A stretch of DNA of 64,000 bases from the human T2T-CHM13v2.0 reference genome, Homo sapiens, in the NCBI RefSeq assembly GCF_009914755.1, contig NC_060928.1; one strand, given 5' to 3'. Position numbers and translations under genes: made by a program. Each line of letters begins with the position of its first letter. The first letter of the stretch is position 1. The notes below the pieces were generated by a model. That model was not told where the DNA came from and ran no database searches. It saw only the letters and a list, made by a program, of their open reading frames with translations. This document shows positions 19,396 through 32,409 of the stretch, piece after piece.

Positions 19396-22272
19396 CAAAT
19401 GTATCTTCTCTTTCAATGTGATCACTCTGGGAGGCTAGGGTTATAATAATACTACTGTTGAGAATCCTTCTTTGCACATTGCCGTGTCAGTTTACTGGCC
19501 TTGTTATCACAGTCAACAAATGCCTTACCCACAGTAGGAGATCAAATTATTGAATTGCTGATTTAACAATTTATTGATTGTTTCGTTGAAGATTTGTCAA
19601 TAGGTTGATTAGTTTGTATGGAATTAATACAAGACTCTAATTTCTCATAACATCCCTTATCTTAGTAAAAATTGCTTATGATAAATGGTGGGAAGGGAAG
19701 CCAGAAAGGAGCTGATAACTGCAGTAATGTAACAAACCATAACGTACCTACTCTACTTTTCATGGATTCATTTTTTATCTTTCCTGCCTTCTTCCATCCC
19801 AGTCTCAGTTCCTACTCTGCCATGACATTCTTGTGCCTTTGATAATAGTAAAACCCTTGTTCTTACCCTGTCTCTTACAGAGAAGCACATTCTTTTTGCT
19901 TTTAAATGATGTAGGAGCTCTTTGTTTTACTAGCAACTCATTGTAGCTTATTATGAAAGTTGTGAAAAATAAAACTTGTTAGCTCTAAAAATATGATCCT
20001 TTCAATTCAGGTATTTCATTCTTTCAATAATAATGGAATGGTTTATTTTTATAATGAAGAGTACATATTTAAGGTGCAACACATTAATGATTCTAATGGA
20101 AATTACCGTGTAAATAAATGTCATGACATTGAAGCTTTTTCCTGAAATAGACCTTTTAGTGATTTCTGTTTTAGTTATATTTCAACTTTGAGCCATCCAT
20201 CGAGTCTGTGATAAAACACATTAAAATCACATATTTTAGATTACATGTACTATATATTCAATTTTAAACTGGCAAATGATGACTTAAACAGTACAGAGGG
20301 GATTTAAGTTTAGTAAAAATAAAGCTCAAATGCAAGCATAGATAGTCAATAATAAGCAAGCCAGAAATTCCATTTGCAAATGCCTGGACTCCTACTAGGC
20401 ATTTCCTGCACATTCAGAGCTCATCACAAAAATCTTCAATTAGCACCAGAGGACATTGAAAAAGGAAAAAAGAGTGTTAGTGTGCACTTGGATGCAGATG
20501 CTGCTACCAAAGAAAGGCGCAATTGCATGCCAGCCTACACAGACAGCAACCTTGTTTTATGTGAGAAATTTGCATATTAAGAAAAGACTTAGGGTATTTG
20601 CAACACACTTTTCAGTATTCATTAAAAGGAAAAAAAATCCACTTATTTTTTTCCGTAATCATTTTTTGAAACTTTTACATTTTTACATGATTGTATCATA
20701 TCAAGTTCTAAATGTCAGGAAGTCACTTATTTCATTTAGATCTAGTAAAATATTGAAACTTAATAAATGAATCATGCCAAAAATAATTTATAAAAGAATT
20801 TCGAGTTTATGTTGGTGAGAGTGAATTATTTCACTGAATACACAAATGAGACATTCATTATTTTATAAGACCATTTACTGTCATCTGGAATAACTTCCTC
20901 TTAATTTCTATAAAAGGTTATTAACTTTAATGCCAAAAAGAAAGGTAGTGTTTACATATATATAGTGTTGGCTACTACTATTATGTTATTTAATGTATGC
21001 ATTTTTGAAATATATTTTGATGTTTTCCACTTGAATTTGTAGCTATTTAAATTTTAATAAAAGATACTTTGACTTTTTATAGATCAACATCTAAGCCACT
21101 CAATTCAATTACTCAAGAAAATAATTCATTACATATATAGGCTTGTTGTAATATTTTGTTTATTAGTGTTCTTATGCAAATAAAATATTGCTATTGACAA
21201 ACTAAATCTAAATTAATTAAATAGTAAGTTAATAAATTTCTATACTGCCACCTTTTTGATTGTTTTTGTAGAAATGTTTTTAATATAAAATCTCTGAAAC
21301 CATGAGTTTTCAGCCTGGCACTCCAATTCTCATGAAGTAATTGTTACAATGATAAGTCGGGCTACTTCAGACATAGCTTCAATGTACAAGCTGAAATTTA
21401 TTCAAAGTATTGTGCTGTAGAACCTAATCTGGTCAAATTAAAAAAAAAATTCTTTTAATTTACCTGGCATATTGGGTTTATAAAATTAATTCATGTTTTT
21501 CCAGCTTATGTGAGATCATTGGTTCAACAGGAAATTTTAATTCCTAAGTGTTTTATTTCCTTGTGAGGAACATGCAGCAAAGGCCTTAAAGTATTCCATA
21601 GGGCTCCAGCCATTCAAAAGAACTGCAAAGGAACCTACAAAAAATAACTCATCATAAGAAGGTTGGTTGATTTAAATTAGAGTCAAGAGAGTTTACTTTG
21701 TAGAAACAACAAGTGGAAGTAGCATTAAGTCACTCTTTTCTATTGGAAGAACATTGTTCCATTAGAGTTGGTAGCTAACTATGGTGGTGCGCCACAGCAT
21801 CACCACGTGTTCCTCGATTCACATCTAAAGATGCTTCAGAACTTCACAGTGACCAGCCGTCCAGGGCGGGAGTCAACTTTAGGTCACACCTCCCAGAATT
21901 GGACAGAGCAACATTGCCGTCTCACTCAAGGAGTATGTATTAAATACAGTCAGGGATGTAATTTCTCCCAGTGGGTAGAAATTTGTTTTGTATATGATGG
22001 TGTCCACTTTTCCTATGAGAATAGATAAGCAGAGGTATGGTACACAGTGGTTCCTATGAAGTGTCTATTGAGTCGACTGGTTGTCAGGAACTTGTAAAGA
22101 ACCTAACAATCATCACAGAAATGAAGTTTTGGATCAATTCAAGTGTTTGAGTGAAATGGAACATAGAATGGGGTAGTGGAGAAAGAAATATATTAAATAA
22201 ATATAATTATGGTTTCATCAACAATTATAGAAGTGACATTGGAATAGCTACATATCTCTTCTTGATTGTTCT

Positions 22273-22357
22273 TCTATCATCTATCTATCATCTATCTCTC
22301 GATCTATCTATCTGTTTAGCTAGCGAGCTAGCTAGCTAGCTCACTATCTAATCTATC
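22273..22357. repeat. Compound (TATC)n/(TAGC)n microsatellite
   Basis: Decayed tatc units flank tagctagcgagctagctagctagc at 22317-22341. Confidence 0.85.
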
Positions 22358-23304
22358 ATTTCCAATATCCTCTTCTCAGATGCATTTCTCCTAATATTTT
22401 GTATAAGGTATATTTTTAAACTGTATATATAATTGTTTTCATTGATACAGAAAAGTCTAATTAGGCTTGATCTAGTAGAGAAATAATTGTCTCCCCAACA
22501 TGAGTGTAGTGACCACTGGGGCCTTGGGGTTCCCATTTTTGGAAGAGGATAAAACTGTTTTCCATGATATCAGAATAGCAGAGTAGTTGCATTTTGCTGG
22601 ATAAGAGCATGAAAGTTTTATTGATTATAACTTTCACAATGCCTAAAAGTGGTTCTGGCAGACAGAATGAATTGGTACAGAACATTATTTTCACCCTTAT
22701 TCAAGTTTTCCTACACTGACTGCAGAAAATTATAAGCTAAAACTATAGTTTTTAAGCTCCCCTCCATATAGGTCCTAGATAGGGTGTAGGATCTGCCATC
22801 AGACATATTTGGGTGACATCTGGAAGGCAGAAGTAAGATGAGCAACCATGTATTTGCTGTTTCTACCTTTTGTCCAAGAAGTATCTGGTTTTTCTGAAAC
22901 AAGTTTGTAATCTTCTTCGTATCTTGTTTATGGCAGATTTCATTATTTTAGTGCCCCCCCCGAGAATATGATAGTTTTTTATTGTAAGCATTGAAAAAAT
23001 TTTTGCTGCCTTCCTATCAATGTAGAGTGGTGAGAATTTGAAGGGAATAACAGTGCAAACAACTTTCAGACTAGAAAATGTTAAGCTGGGAAAAGATGAA
23101 TAAGTACAAGGAAGTCCCCCCAAAATCATAATTCATAATTTGGAATTAATTGAAGTATTATGCCTTCCTTCCCAGCATTCATGTAACACTGACAAAATAA
23201 AATTGTACATATGCTAACATATAGACATTATGAAATGTTAAAAGCAGTGCATATAACATCCTCCAATCACAATTTAATACAATTTTACTAACAACATGCG
23301 GAAA

Positions 23305-23670
23305 TAAATGGTTTGGGCTGATATAACAGAAAAACCATAGACTGGGTGGCTTAACCAATAGAAATTTATTTCTCAAAGCTCTTGAGGCTAGGAAGTCCAA
23401 GATCAAAATGCCAGCATATCCAATGTCTAGTGAGGGCCCAACTTCTTGGATTGCAGATGGCCTTTTCATTGTTTCCTCACATGGGTGAAGAACAGAGAGA
23501 GTGAGGGCAAACTCTCACACCTCTTCTTATAAGAGCACTAATTCCCATTCATGAGGACTCACCTTCATGACCTAGCTGCTTCCCAAAAGCCCTACCTCCT
23601 AATACCACCACGATGGGGGTTAGGATTTTAACAAGTGAATTTGGAGGGAGACAAACATTCAGTTCATAAA
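23305..23670 (-). mobile_element. MaLR solo LTR (MLT1A-like)
   Basis: agactgggtggcttaa..agaaatttatttctc..ggctaggaagtccaagatcaa..gggggttaggatttt..acaaacattcagttcata is the reverse of the MLT1A/MST consensus. Confidence 0.85.
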
Positions 23671-24559
23671 ATACCCTTATGGCTTAAAAAAAACTAAAAA
23701 TCATATTAAGTAAAAATCAAATTATCTTTAGAATATGGTACATTCTAAATATAAAATATTGATTGTTTTATATTATATTATAATAAATCTATGGGATATA
23801 TATTATAATAAATATATATTATATTATAATAAATTTATGGGATAAAAATAAAGCATTGCTCAAAGAAATGCTCAGAGTCTTAATAGCTTTAAGAAAATAG
23901 GATAATAAGCAAACTCTACATTCTACTCACAAAGTTAAAAAATATACTCAAAATACCCATAAAAGAAATAATGAGGATTTTAGGTAGACTGTGCACAAGA
24001 GATATTTGCACAAAATGGGAAAAGACAATAGATGGAACATTATCTAAATAATTAATGAAAAATAATATCAATATACAAAAAAATGATAATAATCCTAAAA
24101 GTAAAATAATCACAGACATAGAGGTCATACAACTACTCAACTTTCTCCCTCTTTCTTTCTGTCTTATTTTTGTAACTAAGTTTATTTCATTTACATTTAC
24201 TGAATTACAAGTGTTATGGTTTTAGTCCTGACTAAACAAATTTTAATTTTACATCTTTAGTTCTTTATGGTTATTTGGTTTATATCTAGTATATTACAGT
24301 CTGATTTTACTTTCCCTGTGTGTGTGCTGTGTCGTTGTGGGTGTCCTGCAGTTAAAGAAAATACATAATTATAATAAATTCAGTTGTAATAGTTATAATG
24401 TCATTTACACTCTATTATTTAGACTACCTATTGGATTCTCACTAAGCACAAGAACAAATTTAATATCGTTCTGATTGCTTCAAATTGATTTCCCACTCTA
24501 TCCTCTACCACATAATTTAAATGCAATTGTTATTATTTGTTAATAATTTTTCTATTGTT

Positions 24560-24995
24560 AATTCAGATCTTTTGAGGAGCAGCTGCTTAAATGGGATAAA
24601 TATGCAAGAATCAGAGGGGAAAAACTTTGAAGAATAGAGAGGAGGCAGCAAGATAAAAGTGGGGGTGAACAGAGCCGTTAGATCACAAGTCATGTCTAAC
24701 TCCTGTGAATGAGAGAAGGAAGATGTGGCAAGAAATGTCTTAGAATGCAGAGGAGCTCTAATGAAGTTTTAGTCAGAGCAAGGGGAAATTTTGGGACAGT
24801 CACTCCTTAAGGGAGTCCCACATTTTGCAGGAAAAGGGCCTGCACTGTTACTCTACAGTGCTCAGGTATTTGCTGGAAAATCCTGCAGGAAGCATGAACT
24901 TGGCATGGATGTAGGATACAGAGCAACCACAGCTAAGGTCATCAGCTGCTTCCCATAGCAGGAGAACTGACTGGCCTCTTTTCTTGGCCACTACA
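24560..24995. mobile_element. Old ERVL LTR (LTR16-like)
   Basis: GA-rich decayed similarity to the recalled LTR16 consensus, ending ggccactaca. The family is uncertain. Confidence 0.45.
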
Positions 24996-25171
24996 TGCTC
25001 AAATAAATACACTTAAACCTTTATCTTAGTAATATCTAAACTTTAAATTATATTTGTTGACCAACAATGTGATTATAAAAGATATGCTACCTTCTACTTA
25101 TTAAAATTTAGTTATTTTATGTTGTGATTTTTGTTTGTATTTTTAATTCAGTCTTGAGATCTCTCTGGAAA

Positions 25172-25726
25172 TGTGGCCATAAGCCAGGATAGCCACTCTC
25201 TAGGAGAGCTCTGACCAGAGGAAAGTGAGGTTCAGGTGCATGTGTCAGATGAGACACAATGAGGAGGTGAAAGCAAAATACATGAAACAAGAAATTTATT
25301 ACTCACAGGTACCAGAGAGGTTATGGGAAGTCCAGAAGTGACAGGGAGCTCAGCCAGTGGGTGGGGAGTGAGAAAAAGAGAGGGCCTGTGGGATGATGCC
25401 GTTATCAAGGTTTGTAGGTATTATCCTTTAGGCTTTGTATCTGAGGCTGTGGATTGGCTAGCTTAAAGAAAACCACAAGAAGAGGGGACTCATTTAAATC
25501 ACTCTGGTGTGGACCATTAGGTTTCATCATGGTCAGCAGCTGAAAGGTGTGTTGGGTTTGGGGGTCAGTGGAGTGAAAAACAAACATAGACAGTGCCATA
25601 AACAATCACATAGGAAGTTTTAATGAGGCCAAAGATGATGGGATATAAATGATGGGTTTGAAACAACTTATGTAAGGCCTAAAAATGGATACTAAGGCAG
25701 CAACCACGTTAAAAAAATGTGTGACA
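25172..25726 (-). mobile_element. Solo LTR, ERVL-like, family not determined
   Basis: TG...CA termini (tgtggcc...gtgaca). A reverse polyA signal (aaatttattactcac) is near 25293. The GC content steps up relative to the flanking L1M. Confidence 0.55.
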
Positions 25727-25729
25727 TAT

Positions 25730-27380
25730 TGCTCGTAAGTTTTCATTTTTCATTCTACTTTTACAAATTTTAACCACTTGGTCCTATGGCTAAATAAATT
25801 GAATGCTCATGCTCATGTATGTGTCATAGTCGTAGTGTCATGTTTCATGTCTTGTTGCTTACAGTTGATCCTCTCTCTTCCAAAAAGTCTTATGAGATTC
25901 TGCCTTACTGTGAATAAAAATGCCATTTTTATATATAATAAAATTAAAATTTTGCTGCTTCTAAAATTGTTTTGTCAGAAATTATTTCCCAGGCTAATCT
26001 GTAGCCAGTCATTTGCTGTCTTTTAGAATAGAGTTTTACTGTGGTCAATCTTGAGGTCAAACTATTTTTGTTCTTTTTATTAACAAGTGACTGGTCAGTA
26101 TTTCTAAAAGTTTCTATATTTTCAAAATCTAGGAACTTTGTTAGGATTTATATTAGTTTAGCCGTCTAAATCTAATTTTTATTAGGAAACAATCTGCCCC
26201 TTATATTTTTAGTTTCAAAGCTAATAATATTTGTGAAAATAAATTCTTTACATATTTGAACACTTCTATCTAAGTTATTTAGATCTCTTATTCAGGGATG
26301 CTGACTTTCTGTAAATTGATTCCTTTTTGTGTCTCTTCCAAACCATTTTATCTTTGTTTATCTATCTTTTTATATTTTTTATTTTTCTCATATTTGTGCC
26401 TTTTGTTTATTCTTGTGTTTTCAGTAGTATATTCTCCTTTGTGTAATTTTCAAAGTGGCTTTAATTTCTGTGATGATTTTGTTTTTCTTCATTTTCCTGA
26501 GCTATGCCAGCTCATTTCAACCCGTCTGTTGTTTCACTGATATTTCCTGATTACTAATTTAAGCTTTTCTTTAAAAAAAAATAGCAAGTGAATCATTAGA
26601 TTTTGTTTTAATTCAGAAATATATTTGTTCATATTTTTCATCTGCTTCATGACAGTATTATCCTATTCAATAGTTTTTGTTTGCCATTTGTTTTTTATTC
26701 TTTTACTTTTGTGTTCTTCTTTTAAGAAAAAAGCATAGGTCGTATGCTGGCTTCTTTTAGAAAATACTCTCATTTTTGAGAGAGATAAGTTCTTTTGGAG
26801 ACCACTGTTTATAAGAGGTTTGCATGAAAGAAGCACAATAGTAGTGCTGAGTATTCCCAGGAATCCTTGAGAGTTCCCAGGGAACTGCAGGGAAAACCAT
26901 TGTGTGTGGATGTGTCCTTCAGACTGTTTCTTCCCAGAAAACAGAAGTCACCTCTGCAGTGCTGCCTTCAGTTCATCTGTTCTTCTCCACACTGCTTTTC
27001 TAATAGTAGACATGCTAAAATAATGACATGTCTGTTTCCCCATGTACCCTGCCTCCTCTCCTTTTTCTATTACCGGAAACACCCCAGGGTAATGCCTACT
27101 AACAATATCTTTGGACGCTTCTATTTCTGATTAAGAGTTTGCATCTGCCGAGCTGCACACTGCTGCTTTGTCTAAACACAGCACCAATGGTGTCCCCTCC
27201 TGGTATCTTGCCACACTCTTGTCACATTTTCACACACTTGGCAGCTTTTCCTTACATATGCTGTTTTGTGGTTGCAGATGTCTCCTGCACTACTGTGTTC
27301 TATTTCTTGTTTTACTTACTAAGTTTGAATGAGTCCCGAGTGGAGAAGAGGACAGAAACATAGGTGCTTTACCACCTTAC
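25730..27380 (-). mobile_element. Decayed L1M (ME-like) 5' region fragments
   Basis: T-rich antisense L1-like sequence ends in 5'UTR-like text. The boundaries are approximate. Confidence 0.5.
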
Positions 27381-27913
27381 CACCATCATTTTACTGATGA
27401 CAGTCTTTCCTCTTTGATGACTGAAATTGGAACTTCTCAGACTAGTCTACAATATGACATTTGAGTTAGCAAAACTGCAAACAAAAGTCATTTTTTCCTG
27501 TATTTTATGATGACATTCAGACACATTTTGTCCAATTCTGAAATATATGCTTGTATTCATATATACTCTATCAAATTACTTATTAGAAATTGTTATTTCA
27601 AAGCAAAAATTTTTGTTTGGCTTGTGACATTACTCTTCTTTCTCAAAATTGTCACCTATCCCAAGATAACATAGTTTGAAGAAATTGAAACTGCATGGAA
27701 GCATCCTTATCTCATATATTAGTGTATTTCTCCAGTAAAACAGTTAATACTGAAAAATTTACTGTAAACAGCTAATCTTGTACCAGGACATCAACAGTGG
27801 AAGAGCTGAAGGATTAGTATCGCCAACATGGCATGAGGATAGTTTCAGCAAAGTACTCAGAATCATACCTCTTTAGTATAGATAGAAATTATTATGGAAC
27901 TCTAGAGAAGAAA

Positions 27914-27943
27914 CCCACCCACCCACACACACACACACACACG
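27914..27943. repeat. (CCCA)n(CA)n microsatellite
   Basis: cccacccacccacacacacacacacacacacg. Confidence 0.9.
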
Positions 27944-28929
27944 TGCATAGTGCCACAGCTAGAAAGTCCTAGAGCAAAATTTATATGTTTTGTCTTTCTA
28001 TGTCCTTTTAGTAAGCTGAATTTCCTTCAGCCTTTACTCCAGGAGATTTTCTGTTTGCCACATCACTGTTGACCCATGTAAAAGTTATCTGAAACCATTA
28101 TATTTCTTAAGATTACATCCAGGTAATTCACGGGTAACTTTGATAGGTTCATTTTGGGGGTTTATAAGTTTTTCCAATGCTTTTTACCTGTTTCAACTGG
28201 TAAAAAGAAAATTTTAAGTTTTTTTCTAAATTGAGAATATTCTTATTAGAATTATTTAGGTATTGCCATTTTTTATTTGTAGAATATAACTTGATACCTT
28301 TTTTCCACTTTTCCCTTTCTGCATTTTATTTTTAAGGATACTTTTTAAACTCTTTGAATCAATTGTATTTTCCTATATTTGTCTGATTTTCAATTTTGTG
28401 TTTATTAAAACAACATAATATTCTTGTATACTTCCTAATCTCAGTGGAAATCAGCTCTTAGCAACATCTCTTAGCAATATAAAAAGAAATGACAGGGAGC
28501 GAAAGGAAGACAGGAGACAGGTTTGTGGATGACATATTTTATCACAGCTTCTCTAACTAAATAAAAGTGTATATATTTCTCAGCAAATACATGTTAAATA
28601 TCCATTTTTAAGACACCAGTCTAGGGGACTGCAATGGACAAATGTATATGATAAGTCTCTATCATCAAGACGTAATTGAAAAGTTGACATAATATAAGTA
28701 TTAACCAGGCTAATTAGTAGCATTATATACACTGTGATGTAGTTCATATTTATTCTATGACAGTAACCAGTGTGTGTGACCAAGTTTATTAAAAATGCTT
28801 TAGAATTGTTCCCACGGTATTACTGTATATAATAACAATGCCTCTTTTTCCACTTTAACTATCTTTACCTTTCTCAGAACCCAAGATATAATATTTTAAT
28901 AGTCCCAGATTATTTTTGACACCACCTCT

Positions 28930-29370
28930 CCACATCTAACGTCTTCCTTCTATTACAGAGCCGTGCTCAAGAGTGCTAGACTAGATTCTACCAAGTAGAA
29001 GCTCTTACCTGAGATCTGGAAGAAAGAATGAAAACATTACCCATTCTTTTATCAGAACTGAACAAATTAGATGTTCCTAGGCGAACATAGTACTTCGCAA
29101 AGATCTTTCAGCCTTTTTCTAGAAATCGCTTACCTGAGTACAGAAGGCAGGAGGGATTGTTGCCAGCAGTTTCCCAAATTGCTAGTAGATTCTGTAAGTT
29201 TCGGATTTTCTAAAAGTTAGCAGCAGATCTGAGAGCTAGAAGCAGCTCTCACAGACCTTCAGGCTTAAGTCTGTCCCACGGTTTTGTAGCTATCTAATAA
29301 TAATAAATGTTTTACTTACTGAAATATTTTTGTAACTTCTCTTTTATTAACTGAACTCTGGCTGATAGAC
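28930..29370 (+). mobile_element. Old ERVL LTR (LTR33-like)
   Basis: The 3' end aataaatgttttacttactgaaata...actgaactctggctgataga resembles the LTR33-type terminus. Confidence 0.5.
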
Positions 29371-30310
29371 TAACTAGAGTTCCATTATAACTATCTATTT
29401 ATTTGCTACCCAATGGAAAATTTGTATTAAATATTTCTGATGCAGTATCTTGACATAATGACATGATAATTGATCTCTCCACTTGTTTAAATTAAGAATT
29501 TCCAATAGCTTATATTATACCGAGATGAGTTTTTTAAATCCCTCATTTTTTATAGATTTTCTATGAATTGGAGGAAAATTTTATTTAAAAGCACATGCAG
29601 CCAGTAAACTAGTGGTAATAGGCAGAACAGTATAATATTAAATGACCTGAGTCAGACAAACTCAGTTGCTTATGTGAGTGTGCATGCATGTGTGCACAAA
29701 TTATGAGTAATTGCTCACCAAACCCCTCTATATCCAATGTCTCTTACACCCACTTCTATGAGGAAAGGGAGGGTAAGCCAGCATGATATACCTCAAAGTA
29801 CTTATTTTCCTAGCTGAGTTAGAAACAAGTATATTTCTCTGACTATTTTAGTTGTTCACTGTAAAAATTATTAACCACTTCAAAACTATCCATTTTATAG
29901 TCTTAAATTCACCTGCATCCTTTCTTGGATCTTGCATAAAGTTGTGACCCTAAACAGGAGCTAGATCTCTCCACAATCCCATTTCCACCTACACAATTCA
30001 CGTCCTCCCTGAACAATACAGACTTTTGTGGTACAAACACCCCATCTTCCATTTCTGTGAACTCTGCTAGTACTTATAATCATTAACAGTGATCCTTTAT
30101 TTAACAGCCAGTGTTGAACAATATATAAATAATATTTTTGAATAAGAGCACTTACTGTTATCTATGATAGCTGTTAGAAAATATTTTTCATCTGAGCATA
30201 TTTGGTTTTTGTTCCATGTGACAAATGAAATAATCATTTTTTTTTAATTTTCCCATTTTATTTTTTTATCATTTAAATCTGTATACTAGAGACTTTTGGA
30301 GCAATAACAG

Positions 30311-30762
30311 TGACAGACTCTCTTTGACCCAACATTTGTGAGGCTCCTCTGCACTTTTTTCTCTACTGGGCCTTCACCTTGACTCCTATCCTTGCTAGTC
30401 CTGCATAGCTTCGTTTTAGAAAGATTCCTATTTTAGTTAATTTAGAGAAAACCTGCCACTCTTGATATGTGATTATTCTCAATATTTGGTCAAATTCCTC
30501 ATCCCACACCCTGGTTATCTGATCACCCTGCCCTGTCTTTAGCAAGGATCCCCCTACCCTTGGTGTCTTTTCTTAGTAATTTTCCATCCACTGACCCCTT
30601 CACTCTTCTCATTGGCTATAAATCTCCACCTGTTTTTACTGTATTCAGAATTGAGCCTGATCTCTTTCACCTGTTGTGTTAGTCTTGACACCCATCAGAA
30701 TAATCCTGAATAAAGTCTTTCTTCCTATTTTAACAAATGTCAGAATAATTTTTTCTTTAGCA
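30311..30762 (+). mobile_element. MER31 solo LTR (ERV1)
   Basis: Starts tgacagactctctttgacc and ends ttctttagca. It has a CCAAT(rev)/TATA (attggctataaat) and aataaa. The 4-bp TSD is acag/atag. Confidence 0.85.
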
Positions 30763-31524
30763 ATAGCTTTGTTGTAAAAGCATCAAGTAATATGTCAATT
30801 AGCATATGTACTATGTATGCTTTTTCCTGTCATCAGAAAATTTGATATGCAGTTCATCAATGTCCTTTTTCAAGCTATCAATAACAACATGTGGTGAAAT
30901 ATATTATTAATATATGATAATACACTATTATTAACAGAACTCAACTTATGTCTTTCTTACTGACATTGATCTATTTTTAGTACTTATTAAGTAGAGTTAA
31001 ATCACTAGTTAGTTAAACTAATCCTATAGCCTCTCCTCTTTCCTTATTTATAACTCCTTTCCCTGGCAGTGAGAAATCTGGCCCGCATCATCCACAATAT
31101 ATTTACCTATTGGCATAATGTAGTTTGATATTTGCTTGCTCATATTCCCATAAAAAATGCTAACTAGATTATAAAACTTGTGTACAGGTTTGTTTTTCTT
31201 TTTGTCTTTAGCCTTACAATATGAAAATCTAGATACTGTTTACCAAAGTCATTTAAGTTAGTCCTTTTGTTCTCCATTTCTCTCAGAATGGTTACGTAAT
31301 TTGTTTGTGATACAGTTAGGCTTAATTTTACTTTTTGCATTCTACATTCATTTCTCTCCACATCTCAATTTATGTGACAATTTTGGGGGAGGTGTGAGAG
31401 GGTATGTGAAAAATTATCATAGTTCTAAGAGTCAAAACCATATCAATAAAAAGTTAAACCAAAAGAAGTTTTACTCACATTTATCCCTACTACCCTGTTC
31501 ACATTTCCTAGTTTTTTTATTTTT

Positions 31525-31835
31525 ATTTTATTTACTTTATGTATTTATTTATTTTGACAAGGTCTCTCTCCGTCACCCAGATGGCATGCAATGGTGCCAT
31601 CATCGCTCACTGCAGCCTTGAAATCCTGGGCTCAAGGGATCCTCCCTCCTTAGCCTTCTGAGTACCTGGGATTTCAGGTGTGCACCATCACACCCAGCTA
31701 ATTATTTTATTTGTTGTAGAGATGGGGGTCTCTTCATGTTACCTACTCTGGTCTCAAACTCCTGGCCTCAAGCAATCCTTCCACCTCAGCCTCCCAAAGT
31801 GCTGGGATTACAGATATGAGCCACCACCTTTGGCC
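31525..31835 (-). mobile_element. AluJ
   Basis: AluJ diagnostics ctgcagccttg..cctgggctcaag..cctggcctcaagcaatcc; highly diverged. Confidence 0.9.
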
Positions 31836-31930
31836 TCACATTTCCTGATTCTTTCAACCCACCTCCCACCCACAAATGTAAATGAAAGTCGTTGCCATTA
31901 TTTTATGACCTATTATTTTTGGAACAATTT

Positions 31931-32220
<290 letters not shown>

Positions 32221-32409
32221 TATTTTTGGAACAATTTTTAAAACATATATGTTTATAATTCACATGGTAAGGAGAAATGAAGTGAAATGAAGGGAGAACT
32301 GGAAGCTTTCATACATTTTTAAGGGCATATACAAATTTGTAAAAATATGTCAAAGCAAATCTGTCAATATATATATCAAAAGTCATAACAGACAGCCCCC
32401 TCTTCTGGT

